Of a DNA stretch of 25,731 bases, positions 1 through 8,647 are shown one piece after another. The stretch's first letter is position 1; every line of letters begins with the position of its first letter. The DNA is taken from positions 1 through 25,731 of the forward strand of contig JBMYPC010000032.1 of NCBI GenBank assembly GCA_049599895.1, written 5' to 3'. Source of the DNA: Bacteriovoracaceae bacterium. Its GTDB lineage: Bacteria > Bdellovibrionota > Bacteriovoracia > Bacteriovoracales > Bacteriovoracaceae. The translations under genes and the position numbers were made by a program. Under the pieces are notes generated by a model that worked only from the letters and a program-made list of their open reading frames with translations, did not search any database and was not told the origin of the DNA.

Positions 1-536
1 AGAGAGTGACCTTTTGCTGAGCTGCCGGTCGCAATTAAAATTTGCTTTGACTTTAAAGAAGAGTCTTTCGATTTGAGAAGAAAGAAGCTTTCTTCTTTTG
101 TGATGGAAAGAATAGGGGTGCTTCCCAGTATCTCAACTCGATGTTTTTCACAAAGCTTAATGAAGCATTTAATAATAGTCTCCGATTTATTTGATCTTGG
201 AAACATTCTTCCATCAGCTTCTGTATGAGTCGCAACTCCGTTTTCCGAAAGCCAACTTACCATGTCTTCAGTCCCGAAACTATAAAATGAGTTTAAAAGA
301 TTTCTCCCTCCTCGAGGATAGTTTTGGATCAACTCTTTTGGATTGGTACAGGCATTTGTGACATTACATCGGCCACCACCTGAGATTTTCACTTTTCTTA
401 GATAACTCGATGAAGATTCAACAATGGCCACTTTAAGGTCTTTAGAAGAAAGCTTTTGGACATTGATGGCCCCGAAAAAACCAGCGGCTCCTCCTCCTAT
501 GCTTATGAAGTCATAAATTTTGTCTTTTGTTTCCAT
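1..536 (-). CDS. HI0933/BaiN-family NAD(P)/FAD-dependent oxidoreductase, 5' part (runs off the left edge)
   Basis: Absent from the ORF track. Manual translation from ATG at 536 gives METKDKIYDFISIGGGAAGFFGA...KVKISGGGRCNVTN...EADGRMFP...ILIATG, with the Rossmann GxGxxG and the family-typical SGGGRCNxTN and GRxFP motifs. The frame is open to base 1. Confidence 0.93.
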   Translation of the reverse strand, partial: METKDKIYDFISIGGGAAGFFGAINVQKLSSKDLKVAIVESSSSYLRKVKISGGGRCNVTNACTNPKELIQNYPRGGRNLLNSFYSFGTEDMVSWLSENGVATHTEADGRMFPRSNKSETIIKCFIKLCEKHRVEILGSTPILSITKEESFFLLKSKDSSLKSKQILIATGSSAKGHS

Positions 537-600
537 CGATATTGACTTGTCTCTTCTTTTTGAGAGTTTTAACATAGAGCTGAATTCAAAGCAAAAGAAG

Positions 601-1245
601 GTGAAATCTTTGGATTGCCCATTATGTTTCAGTCATAAAAAAGTTATTCATTTTAAATCTCAAAATCGAGTCTATTACCGGTGTGAGATTTGTGAACTTA
701 TCTATCTCGACTCTAAATGTTATTTAAACGCAGACGAAGAAAAAGCCCATTACGACTGCCATGAAAATAATCTTGAGGACCCTAACTATCGACAGTACTT
801 AAAGCAGTTTATTGATCCTTTAAATGAATTCCTGAATAAAGAGACAAGTGGACTCGATTTCGGCTGTGGTCGCGCGCCATTGCTTGCTAAGATGTGTGAA
901 GAGCTAGGTCATAAGATGAGTTATTACGATCCTTTCTTTTATCCAGATCAATCGGCTATAGACAAAACCTATGATTTTATTATTGCTGTGGAAGTTCTCG
1001 AGCATCTTCATAGACCTAAAGAGACCCTTGATCAAATTCTCAGTCAGTTAGCTCAAGATGGGATTCTTTCTTTTGTAACAGAACTTTACTCTGAAAAAAC
1101 CGATTTTGAAGGGTGGTATTATAAAAATGATCCCACTCATGTGATCTTTTTTTCTGAGAAGACCTTTTCATGGCTTGAGAGTGAGTTCCCTTTGGAATGT
1201 GTCTATCGTGAAAAAAGACAGAGGATCTTTAAAAAGTTAGTCTAA
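601..1245 (+). CDS. Class I SAM-dependent methyltransferase with N-terminal zinc-ribbon
   Basis: CPLC...CEIC zinc knuckles, motif I LDFGCG, EVLEH and WYYKNDPTHV. GTG at 601 is preferred over 520 because 520 overlaps the start of the divergent gene. Confidence 0.85.
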   Translation: MKSLDCPLCFSHKKVIHFKSQNRVYYRCEICELIYLDSKCYLNADEEKAHYDCHENNLEDPNYRQYLKQFIDPLNEFLNKETSGLDFGCGRAPLLAKMCEELGHKMSYYDPFFYPDQSAIDKTYDFIIAVEVLEHLHRPKETLDQILSQLAQDGILSFVTELYSEKTDFEGWYYKNDPTHVIFFSEKTFSWLESEFPLECVYREKRQRIFKKLV

Positions 1246-1464
1246 AATAACCTTAAAGCCATTTTTTTCAAGCAGTGAAACAGCCTTAAGATAGTCTTGT
1301 TTTTCGATCCAAACTTGATATTCTTCAAGTCTTGCCTGAGAGAGGTAGACATGTTCAGTCTGAGAGGACCTTTTGATTTCGCTTTCAATATGATTATCTT
1401 TTAAAAAATCTTGAATCAGATGGGCCTGTTTTTGATCAAATGTTGAGAAGATTTGTTGGGTCAT
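1237..1464 (-). CDS. Small DUF2007-like (putative signal-transducing) protein
   Basis: Pattern 'FDQKQAHLIQDFLKDNHIE...VWIEKQDYLKAVSLL' matches the DUF2007 layout. ATG 1464 was chosen because the longer start (1488) lies inside a terminator hairpin. Confidence 0.65.
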   Translation of the reverse strand: MTQQIFSTFDQKQAHLIQDFLKDNHIESEIKRSSQTEHVYLSQARLEEYQVWIEKQDYLKAVSLLEKNGFKVILD

Positions 1465-1467
1465 AAT

Positions 1468-1497
1468 AAAAAAGGCCCTCATTTTCATGAGGGCCTT
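1468..1497 (-). terminator. Rho-independent terminator of the 698-aa gene
   Basis: 11-bp stem AAGGCCCTCAT/ATGAGGGCCTT with a 4-nt loop, followed by a U-tract on the minus strand, 20 nt after the stop codon. Confidence 0.8.
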
Positions 1498-1517
1498 GAT
1501 TTGGTTTTAAGCAATAA

Positions 1518-3614
1518 TTATCTCTGGAGACGATCTCTTAAGTTAGCATCTCTAATTCTTGTGATATCAAATGATTTTCCACCAAGAACAGAGTATACGT
1601 ATTCAAGAATACCGAATAAACTTGATGATTCAGGGTACTTCCCAAGAACAAAAGTCTTCTCAACTTCTTTAGAGGTAACCGTTACCTTTGCATAACTCAC
1701 ACTTTCAAGTTCATTAAGAGATTGAGTTTCAGCATCAAGAACACTCATGATGTATCCAAGTCCGTAATCTCTGAAGACGCCTCTTCTTTCAAGAAGAACA
1801 TAGTCTTCCACTTCTTCTTTTAGTTGCTTTCTTGTGAAGCCTGCTGCTCTTTTATGGTTCGCTCCACCTTTGGATGATGTCGTTTTCACTTCATGAACTT
1901 GCCCTAGACCATCATCAAGGACACTCGCAACTTTTCCATAACTTCCAGAGATCATGTACATGAACTTGTTGAAGTTTCTTTGGAGAAATGGGCGATCTTG
2001 ATTTTGCTCAAGAACATAGTTCTTAAAGGATTTCTTGATGTCTTTTCTGTCAGCGTTTCTAAAATAGCTAATCGCATCTTGATCAAAAATCATTTCAACT
2101 CTTGCTTTAAAGTTCTTTTGTGGACTACTTGTAATAAGATCGTCTAATTCATCTTCAATTTGGTTACCATAACGAGTTCCGATGTTTCCAAGAATAAATT
2201 CTTTTGCATCAATCTGCTCGTCTTTTCTTGAAATCTTATCTCTCATTTCATCTGTCACTCTATAATCTGTTAGCTCTTCAGTGACATTTCCTTCTGCATC
2301 CGTTGAGACGATTAGTGAAGCATTTCTTCTTCGAGAACTTTCAAAAAGCTTCCATAAGAATTGTGTTTCTCTTTTGTATGAGTGACTCGAGCTAATAGCA
2401 TATTTGGTTTCGCCACTTTGATCAGTGTAAGAGATTTCATTTTTTGTGTAATGCTTGTCGAGTTCAAACTCAGCCATTTTATTTCCGATTGAAAGTGAGC
2501 TTGGCTTTGATTCAAAGTCAAAATGAGCCGCAAAGTTATTATAAACTCCAGAGTTTGAAATTGCTGCAACTTGGTTTACAGGCTCTGAGATGTTAGCAGA
2601 TGCTTCTTTAATATCTTCAATTCCACCAAATGGGTTGATGAACTTTCTAATTGTGTCTCTTGTAAGAATAGATTTGATCAGACTATTGTATGCCTCTCTT
2701 GCACCAGCTTTTGAGAAATCAAAGGTATAGTCAATAACGACAAGGTCACCTTGGTCCTTGTTAAGAAGGCTCCAGCTGAAAAGGTTCTTACCAAGAATTT
2801 CGTCAAGAATTTTATCTTCATAGAATTGATCACCAACAATACCATCGATATCAAGATCAACTCTAAAGTGTACTCCACGTCCACTTCTTTTGATTCCGAT
2901 TAGCTTTACGTTAAATAGGTTTTCATTTTCTCTAAAGATATTAAGAGCAAATTCATTTTTTCCTAAACGGTAGAAACTTCCAAGCTTTGGTTGGATATTA
3001 CCAGCAGAAATAGGAAGGTTAAGTCTGATACCGTAATCAATACTCATCGGAAGTGAGAAGTATCCATCTTTTTCCATTTTCTTTAATGCTCGATCCGCTG
3101 TTAGTGGCATATCTGTAAGAAAGAGTGGCTTCTTAATTAGTGAGAAGGCCCTTCGGTAACCTTTTTCAGCCTCATGCTGTCTGATGAAGTGAGCACCAAA
3201 CCTTGCTTCGATATAAGGGTTAACTCCAAGATCACCAAATGTGGCATCTTGAAAAATCTCAAGGAGGTTTGTTCCAAGTCGAATCTGATAGCTATCAGTT
3301 CTTGTGTACATCCCGTCGGCATATGAAGGCTCGTCTTCGTATCCATAACCTGCTTTTGCGAGGAACTCAGGTTCTTTGACATCAATTGCATCAAGATCAA
3401 AACTAATACTTGCGGACTCAATTTGGTCTTCAACATATTTTTTAAGATCTTCAACTTTGTCACCGAGCTTGCCAAGGATTTCTTGTCTTTTACTTTCCTT
3501 TTCTTCGACTAGCTTAGCGTCTTTGCCAGCGTAGGCTGAGCTTGCGAGTAATGAAAATGTGATCAAGAGAAAGCTCAAAAATCTCTTTTTCGATTTTGAT
3601 GGTTGCAGGTTCAC
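1518..3614 (-). CDS. Large secreted hypothetical protein (698 aa)
   Basis: Long ORF with GTG start after an AAGGAG RBS. Basic N-terminus, hydrophobic core and AYA cleavage site indicate a Sec signal peptide. No catalytic motif recognised. Confidence 0.8.
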   Translation of the reverse strand: MNLQPSKSKKRFLSFLLITFSLLASSAYAGKDAKLVEEKESKRQEILGKLGDKVEDLKKYVEDQIESASISFDLDAIDVKEPEFLAKAGYGYEDEPSYADGMYTRTDSYQIRLGTNLLEIFQDATFGDLGVNPYIEARFGAHFIRQHEAEKGYRRAFSLIKKPLFLTDMPLTADRALKKMEKDGYFSLPMSIDYGIRLNLPISAGNIQPKLGSFYRLGKNEFALNIFRENENLFNVKLIGIKRSGRGVHFRVDLDIDGIVGDQFYEDKILDEILGKNLFSWSLLNKDQGDLVVIDYTFDFSKAGAREAYNSLIKSILTRDTIRKFINPFGGIEDIKEASANISEPVNQVAAISNSGVYNNFAAHFDFESKPSSLSIGNKMAEFELDKHYTKNEISYTDQSGETKYAISSSHSYKRETQFLWKLFESSRRRNASLIVSTDAEGNVTEELTDYRVTDEMRDKISRKDEQIDAKEFILGNIGTRYGNQIEDELDDLITSSPQKNFKARVEMIFDQDAISYFRNADRKDIKKSFKNYVLEQNQDRPFLQRNFNKFMYMISGSYGKVASVLDDGLGQVHEVKTTSSKGGANHKRAAGFTRKQLKEEVEDYVLLERRGVFRDYGLGYIMSVLDAETQSLNELESVSYAKVTVTSKEVEKTFVLGKYPESSSLFGILEYVYSVLGGKSFDITRIRDANLRDRLQR

Positions 3615-3854
3615 GTTTTAGCTCCTTTGGGCACAACTTGGGGTAATCCACAGGTTTTTAGTTCAATAAATGTATTGGTACTTCTTATTGTTCTACCAGG
3701 GGGGTGCTGCTTGGCGCAAATGGGTGTGAAATTTATTTAGTCTCGGTTGCAAATATCGGGGCAGTTGTCAAAAATTTTTTCAGTCAAATCTTCCAGTATT
3801 TCTAGGCAAAGATGAGCTTTAAGAATATAATTAACTGTCTGATATTATGAGGTT

Positions 3855-5288
3855 TTGTTGAACATTCGAAAGAAAATTCTAATTATTGAAGAAGATCCGT
3901 CAATAACAGAGATGCTTTTAGAGATTGAAAGTATTCTTGGCCACAAATTTATCATTCAGGAGAGTTTTGAATCAGGTCTTGAAATTATTAAGCGTCTTCC
4001 TCTTATTTTATTGGTTCAAGAAATTGTCATCAATCAGGCCACAAGCTTTGAGTTAATCTCTGAAGTTAAAAGCAACGAAAGTTCAAATAATCATGAAATT
4101 CCTATTGTGGTTATGAATGCCAATATGAGTCAAGAGTATTCTGAGACGATGAAGAAAAAGCTCTCTGGGGTAATTCAAAAACCCTTTTCGAAAGACGAGT
4201 TTGTAAGAATCGTCAAAATTATCTTGGCCATCGATTTTCTTAAAAAGCTTATTCAAAGACTTAAAGCTCTTGAAAACTCTGAAGATATTATCAAAATAGA
4301 AGGAGTTACCGAGATTATTACCGAAGTGAGAACCATGGTTAAAGGTTTTATTGAGGATAATGAGGCTCTTTCAATTGTCACTATTGGAGAGAAAATCGAA
4401 GAGGTCCTGACCATGGTCGCTGGCTCTAGGTCTCAAGATGAAGACTTTAAAACGATTGTAAGTGGGCTTGAAGACTTCAATGAAGAGATGATGACGGTTA
4501 TGGGAGGTGAGGACTTTGAACCCATTTCGACATACGTTATTCCAGGCACATTTGAGATCGGTGAGAGCGTCAGGAAAATATCGGGAACCACTGAACATAT
4601 AAAAGAAGAATCCCAAATGGTGCAAGGTCTTGGGGAAGGGAATATCGACGATGAAATTACTGTCGTTAAAGGTTCAAATCGAGAGAAAGCCGAGGAGATG
4701 TTTAAAGAAGACGATAATCAAATTCGTGGGGCTATTAAAGGTGGTTATCAAAAAAGATCGGAGCTTGAGAAGCTAAGGGCGGATATTCCTGATCGTCAGA
4801 ATAAATTAGGACAAACATTTATTATGCTAGCTGCTGAAGCCGGTTTAATGGAAGATGTTCAAAAGGCCCTTGAGGATGAAGTTAAGCTAACGATTCGAAG
4901 CCATGATGGTAGAAGTCTTATGCATTATGCTTGCCTTGGTGGGAACCGGGATATTGTCGAGCTATTCTATGAAAAAGGACTCGACTTTAAGATTAAGGAT
5001 AACAATGGCAACATCCCACTTGTCAGCGCTCTTCAAGGAGGACACACAGAGATAGCGCAGATGATTATCGAAAAGATGAAAAACTTTAAGTACACTAATG
5101 AAGCAGGTCGAAATCTTTTGATGTGTGCTGCAATTGCTGGAAACCTTGAAATATTTAAAGTCCTTTTTACTAAGGGAATTTCACCGACTCTGAAAGACAA
5201 GAAGGAAAAAACAGTATTCGCTCTCGCTAAAAAGCATAAACAAAAGGAAATTCTAAGGTTTCTTCTCTCTCAGGGTGTGCAAAGTTGA
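3855..5288 (+). CDS. Atypical receiver domain + ~14-aa repeat linker + C-terminal ankyrin repeats
   Basis: N-terminal REC fold (ILIIEED...IPIVVM...QKPF). C-terminal ankyrin motifs GQTFIMLAA, GRSLMHYAC, GNIPLVSAL, GRNLLMCAA and KTVFALA. GAGG RBS before the TTG start. Confidence 0.85.
   Translation: MLNIRKKILIIEEDPSITEMLLEIESILGHKFIIQESFESGLEIIKRLPLILLVQEIVINQATSFELISEVKSNESSNNHEIPIVVMNANMSQEYSETMKKKLSGVIQKPFSKDEFVRIVKIILAIDFLKKLIQRLKALENSEDIIKIEGVTEIITEVRTMVKGFIEDNEALSIVTIGEKIEEVLTMVAGSRSQDEDFKTIVSGLEDFNEEMMTVMGGEDFEPISTYVIPGTFEIGESVRKISGTTEHIKEESQMVQGLGEGNIDDEITVVKGSNREKAEEMFKEDDNQIRGAIKGGYQKRSELEKLRADIPDRQNKLGQTFIMLAAEAGLMEDVQKALEDEVKLTIRSHDGRSLMHYACLGGNRDIVELFYEKGLDFKIKDNNGNIPLVSALQGGHTEIAQMIIEKMKNFKYTNEAGRNLLMCAAIAGNLEIFKVLFTKGISPTLKDKKEKTVFALAKKHKQKEILRFLLSQGVQS
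4272..4673 (+). repeat. Ten degenerate protein-level repeats of 12-15 aa, acidic stretch ending in hydrophobic-x-Gly
   Basis: Gly at aa 150,164,178,190,204,217,231,244,258,273, in the motifs KIEG, MVKG, VTIG, MVAG, IVSG, TVMG, VIPG, KISG, MVQG, VVKG. Confidence 0.75.
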
Positions 5289-5554
5289 ATCAAAAACTTT
5301 GGTATCTTTACATTATTCGAACAGAAAAAAACCGCCTCTATACGGGAATCTCCACAGACCCTCTTCGAAGATTTATCGAACATTTAACCGGAGATAAGGG
5401 GGCCAAGTTCTTTCGCTCCGATAGTCCCCTTGATATTGAGTATCTTGAAGTTTTTGAAAATCGTTCTCAAGCATCACAAAGAGAAGCGGCGATTAAGAAA
5501 TTATCAAGGGCCAAGAAGCTGAAATTACTAGATTCATTTTCGTCAGATTTCTAA
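5285..5554 (+). CDS. GIY-YIG nuclease family protein (UPF0213/YhbQ-like)
   Basis: WYLYII...LYTGISTDPLRRFIEH...GAKF...EAAIKKLSR signature. 4-nt overlap with the upstream stop. Confidence 0.92.
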   Translation: MNQKLWYLYIIRTEKNRLYTGISTDPLRRFIEHLTGDKGAKFFRSDSPLDIEYLEVFENRSQASQREAAIKKLSRAKKLKLLDSFSSDF

Positions 5555-5601
5555 CAGGTCTAAACAAATTACCCTTCTCTTAAGCCTTCAGGTTTTCTAG
5601 G

Positions 5602-5610
5602 TGCTACAAT
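5602..5610 (+). promoter_or_regulatory. Extended -10 promoter element (TGcTACAAT)
   Basis: Matches the TGn-TAnnnT consensus ~25 nt upstream of the 5634 gene. Confidence 0.4.
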
Positions 5611-5633
5611 TTTAATAAATAACAATATTAAAG

Positions 5634-6794
5634 TTGATTATGAAAAACCTCAGAAAAATACCATTCTATCTTTTCTTATTCGTGGCAATCATTGCTCCGG
5701 GGATTTCTTTATCAGCGGAACAAGAAAGTACTATTTCTGTGGTGGACGCTGCTCAAGTTCCTTCACATGAAAGAAAGTATAAGTCTGTAGACCTTCTTTC
5801 AAACTTTTGGCCTTACAGTGTTTCATCAGACCAAGCCAAAGACAGGGAGAGCGATCTTAATTTAGAACTGTCTATTGTCAAAGGTTATTCAAGTCTTTTG
5901 AACAGCTTATTTTTTGAGTTTGAAAAGCTTTTGTCGTCATTAGAAGAATCATCTGATGAATTTAAGGCTTCGGAAATAACTTTTTCTTTATTTGTAAGAC
6001 TCAAGAAAATCGAAAACTCAATCTTTGGACTCGATGAATATATTACTCAAACTCAAATTCGAGGAGAGGATCTTTTTGAAAAGATCTCTATTCCTAAGGC
6101 TCAATACCAAGAAGTCGAAGAAGATTTTCAGAATGTGATTGATTCGCTAGGTAAAGGACTTCTTTTAGAAACAGCTTTAAAGATTGAGACCCGACTCAAA
6201 AAAGAGATCGAAGATTCTGAAGAAAAGTTTTCTCATGAATTGAAATATGCTCATCTTGCTTTTTCTCATTTAATTGAAGACTGTGAGACTGAGGGGCAAT
6301 ACAATAAGTTATTGGCTTTTAGACATTCTCTTCGAAAGAATTATTCAGCCCCTCTTGGGGCATTTGTTTTTAAGTCTGATGTTGATTCAGAGTTAGTTCT
6401 TTCCTATTCTCAAGAAAAGCAAACAGATTCTCTACAAAAAATTTCAAAAGCTTTGGAAGATAAAACTCTGACAGATGAGAGACGAGACTATTTGTCTTTC
6501 CTAGAACTTGATCTTAAAGAAGAGCTCATTATTGCTCGTGAATCAGGAGAATTGATACTTCGTTCTCTGCCTTTTCAAGATAACGTCTATAGAGACCTTT
6601 CAAGTTTAGGAGAAGGTGATCTTTATCGATTAAGAACTGCAAAGGACTCACATCCTGATGATAAGCTTTACGAACGTGCGTTAAGAAATTTCTCAATTCA
6701 ATTTAAACCTCTGAAAAATGATTTTGAGATTCATGCTCGACTTGTTGAAGGATATCGGATTATAACTGAGTATCAAAAAGTTTTAACGGAATAA
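5634..6794 (+). CDS. Secreted helical hypothetical protein
   Basis: 386-aa ORF with a signal-peptide-like N-terminus (start may be ATG 5640). Leu/Glu-rich, no recognised motif. Ends 3 nt before the ABC-F gene. Confidence 0.75.
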   Translation: MIMKNLRKIPFYLFLFVAIIAPGISLSAEQESTISVVDAAQVPSHERKYKSVDLLSNFWPYSVSSDQAKDRESDLNLELSIVKGYSSLLNSLFFEFEKLLSSLEESSDEFKASEITFSLFVRLKKIENSIFGLDEYITQTQIRGEDLFEKISIPKAQYQEVEEDFQNVIDSLGKGLLLETALKIETRLKKEIEDSEEKFSHELKYAHLAFSHLIEDCETEGQYNKLLAFRHSLRKNYSAPLGAFVFKSDVDSELVLSYSQEKQTDSLQKISKALEDKTLTDERRDYLSFLELDLKEELIIARESGELILRSLPFQDNVYRDLSSLGEGDLYRLRTAKDSHPDDKLYERALRNFSIQFKPLKNDFEIHARLVEGYRIITEYQKVLTE

Positions 6795-6797
6795 ATT

Positions 6798-8423
6798 ATG
6801 CTCAGTATAAGCCAAGTTTCTAAAGTCCAAGGGGGCGAGACCCTTTATAAAAATGTTAGTTTTCAAGTCTATGCCGGTGAGAAAGTTGGTCTTGTAGGAC
6901 CGAATGGCAGTGGGAAAACCACTCTTTTTCGAATGATTACTGGCGAAGACAAATGTGATGAAGGTCAAATTAGTTTTCCTGATAAAAAACGCTTAGCCTA
7001 TTTCTCTCAAGATGTTGGTGAAATGAAGGGAAAGAACGCTCTTGAAGTTGTTCTTAGCGGAGATGAGAAACTAAAAAGCCTTCAAATTCGATTAAAAGAA
7101 ATTGAAGAAGAGCTTTGTAATCCTGAACTATCCGAAGACGGTATGAATAAGCTTTTATCTGAAATGGGTGAGGCCCAGACTGAGTTTGAAAAGCGTGGTG
7201 GATATGATCTTGAAACGAGAGCAGAAGAAGTTCTTACTGGTTTAGGAATAATGCCTGAAGATCACCACAAAATGATTGAAGAGTTTAGTGGTGGTTGGAA
7301 GATGCGAGTGGCCCTTGCTAAAGTTCTCGTTATTTCTCCTGATCTTATCGTAATGGACGAACCGACGAACTACCTTGATATGGAAACCATTCTCTGGCTA
7401 GAGAAGTGGCTACAAGAATTTGATGGTGCTATTTTAATGACGACTCACGATCGTGACTTTATGAATAATGTTTGTAACAAGATCGTTGAGATTGCCCACA
7501 AAACAGGGACTGTTTATAGCGGGAATTATGACTTTTATGAAAAAGAGAGAGTTGTGCGGCTTAATCAGCTAAAGGCCGAATCCAAAAAACAACGAGAGAG
7601 TATCGCTAAGGATGAAGAGTTTATTGCAAAGTTTAAAGCGAGAGCTTCTCATGCTGCTCAGGTTCAATCCCGTGTTAAGAAACTAGAAAAAATTGATCTT
7701 ATTGAAATTCCACCAGAAGAAGAAACCATTCAGTTTGAGTTCTCAAAACCTCCTCGAGGTGGTGATGATGTGGTCGTCTTAAAAGACCTCTCCAAGACCT
7801 GGATAAAAGAAAATGGTGAAAAAGTTCCCGTTTTTGAAGGACTTAGTACGACAATTAAAAGACTAGAGAAGCTTGTCGTTGTTGGAGTAAATGGAGCCGG
7901 TAAATCGACTCTTTTAAAACTGATCTGTAATGCAGCTGAACCGACAGGTGGGTCAGTGCTTGTTGGACCAAGCATAAGACTTGGATATTTTAGTCAGTTT
8001 TCGTTTGATGTCTTAGTCCCTGAGAATACTGTTTTTGATGAGATTCGAAAATCTCTTCCAGAGGTGAGTGATGGCTATATTCGAAACTTATTGGCCGCTT
8101 TTCTCTTTAAAGGAGATGAGGTTAAGAAAAAAGTTCGAGTCCTTTCAGGAGGGGAAAAAAGCCGACTGATTCTGGCAATACTTCTTTCGCAAAATAATAA
8201 TCTTCTGGTTCTCGATGAGCCCACAAACCATCTCGATATTAAATCGCGAGAGGTCTTACTCTCTGCTTTAAAAAGCTTTGAAGGGACAATTATTTTAGTT
8301 AGCCACGATAGGCACTTTTTAAGAGAACTTGCAGAGAAAGTTTACGAAGTGGATAAAAACAAGGTTCAAGTCTATCCTGGGAACTATAATTACTATATCA
8401 GTAAAAAAGAAGAACAGCTTTAA
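6798..8423 (+). CDS. ABC-F family ATPase (ribosome-associated)
   Basis: Two ABC cassettes: GPNGSGKTT / FSGGWKMR / MDEPTNYLD and GVNGAGKST / LSGGEKSR / LDEPTNHLD. Interdomain linker FIAKFKARASHAAQVQSRVKKLEK. No transmembrane segments. Confidence 0.96.
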   Translation: MLSISQVSKVQGGETLYKNVSFQVYAGEKVGLVGPNGSGKTTLFRMITGEDKCDEGQISFPDKKRLAYFSQDVGEMKGKNALEVVLSGDEKLKSLQIRLKEIEEELCNPELSEDGMNKLLSEMGEAQTEFEKRGGYDLETRAEEVLTGLGIMPEDHHKMIEEFSGGWKMRVALAKVLVISPDLIVMDEPTNYLDMETILWLEKWLQEFDGAILMTTHDRDFMNNVCNKIVEIAHKTGTVYSGNYDFYEKERVVRLNQLKAESKKQRESIAKDEEFIAKFKARASHAAQVQSRVKKLEKIDLIEIPPEEETIQFEFSKPPRGGDDVVVLKDLSKTWIKENGEKVPVFEGLSTTIKRLEKLVVVGVNGAGKSTLLKLICNAAEPTGGSVLVGPSIRLGYFSQFSFDVLVPENTVFDEIRKSLPEVSDGYIRNLLAAFLFKGDEVKKKVRVLSGGEKSRLILAILLSQNNNLLVLDEPTNHLDIKSREVLLSALKSFEGTIILVSHDRHFLRELAEKVYEVDKNKVQVYPGNYNYYISKKEEQL

Positions 8424-8647
8424 AAGCTTACTTAATCGATTTCGTTTTCTCTAAACCATTGGAAAGACAAAACTTTCTTTTTGTTGGATGAGCAGAAGAT
8501 CTATGCTGGCTTGGAATGAGGCGACACGGCCAGGAGAGTTTCGGCTTTTTTCCTGTAATAAGTTCAAAATAAAATCATTTCAAATATTTAGGTGCTAGTG
8601 TTCATTTGTCAGATGTCCTTAAAGGTTAAGGAAAGACCGGAAAAACT

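Noticed and set aside
53..235. 60-aa minus-strand ORF in the track
   Set aside because: Out-of-frame shadow inside the HI0933-family gene (536 to <1).
520..600. Extended N-terminus of the methyltransferase
   Set aside because: Overlaps the start of the divergent flavoprotein and leaves no promoter space; GTG 601 fits better.
5285..5554. GIY-YIG as homing endonuclease or mobile element
   Set aside because: Stand-alone 89-aa UPF0213 type with no DNA-binding extension, intron or flanking repeats.
6798..8423. Antibiotic-resistance (ARE) ABC-F
   Set aside because: No leader/attenuator space (3 nt from the upstream gene) and no feature distinguishing it from housekeeping ABC-Fs; the subfamily needs HMMs.
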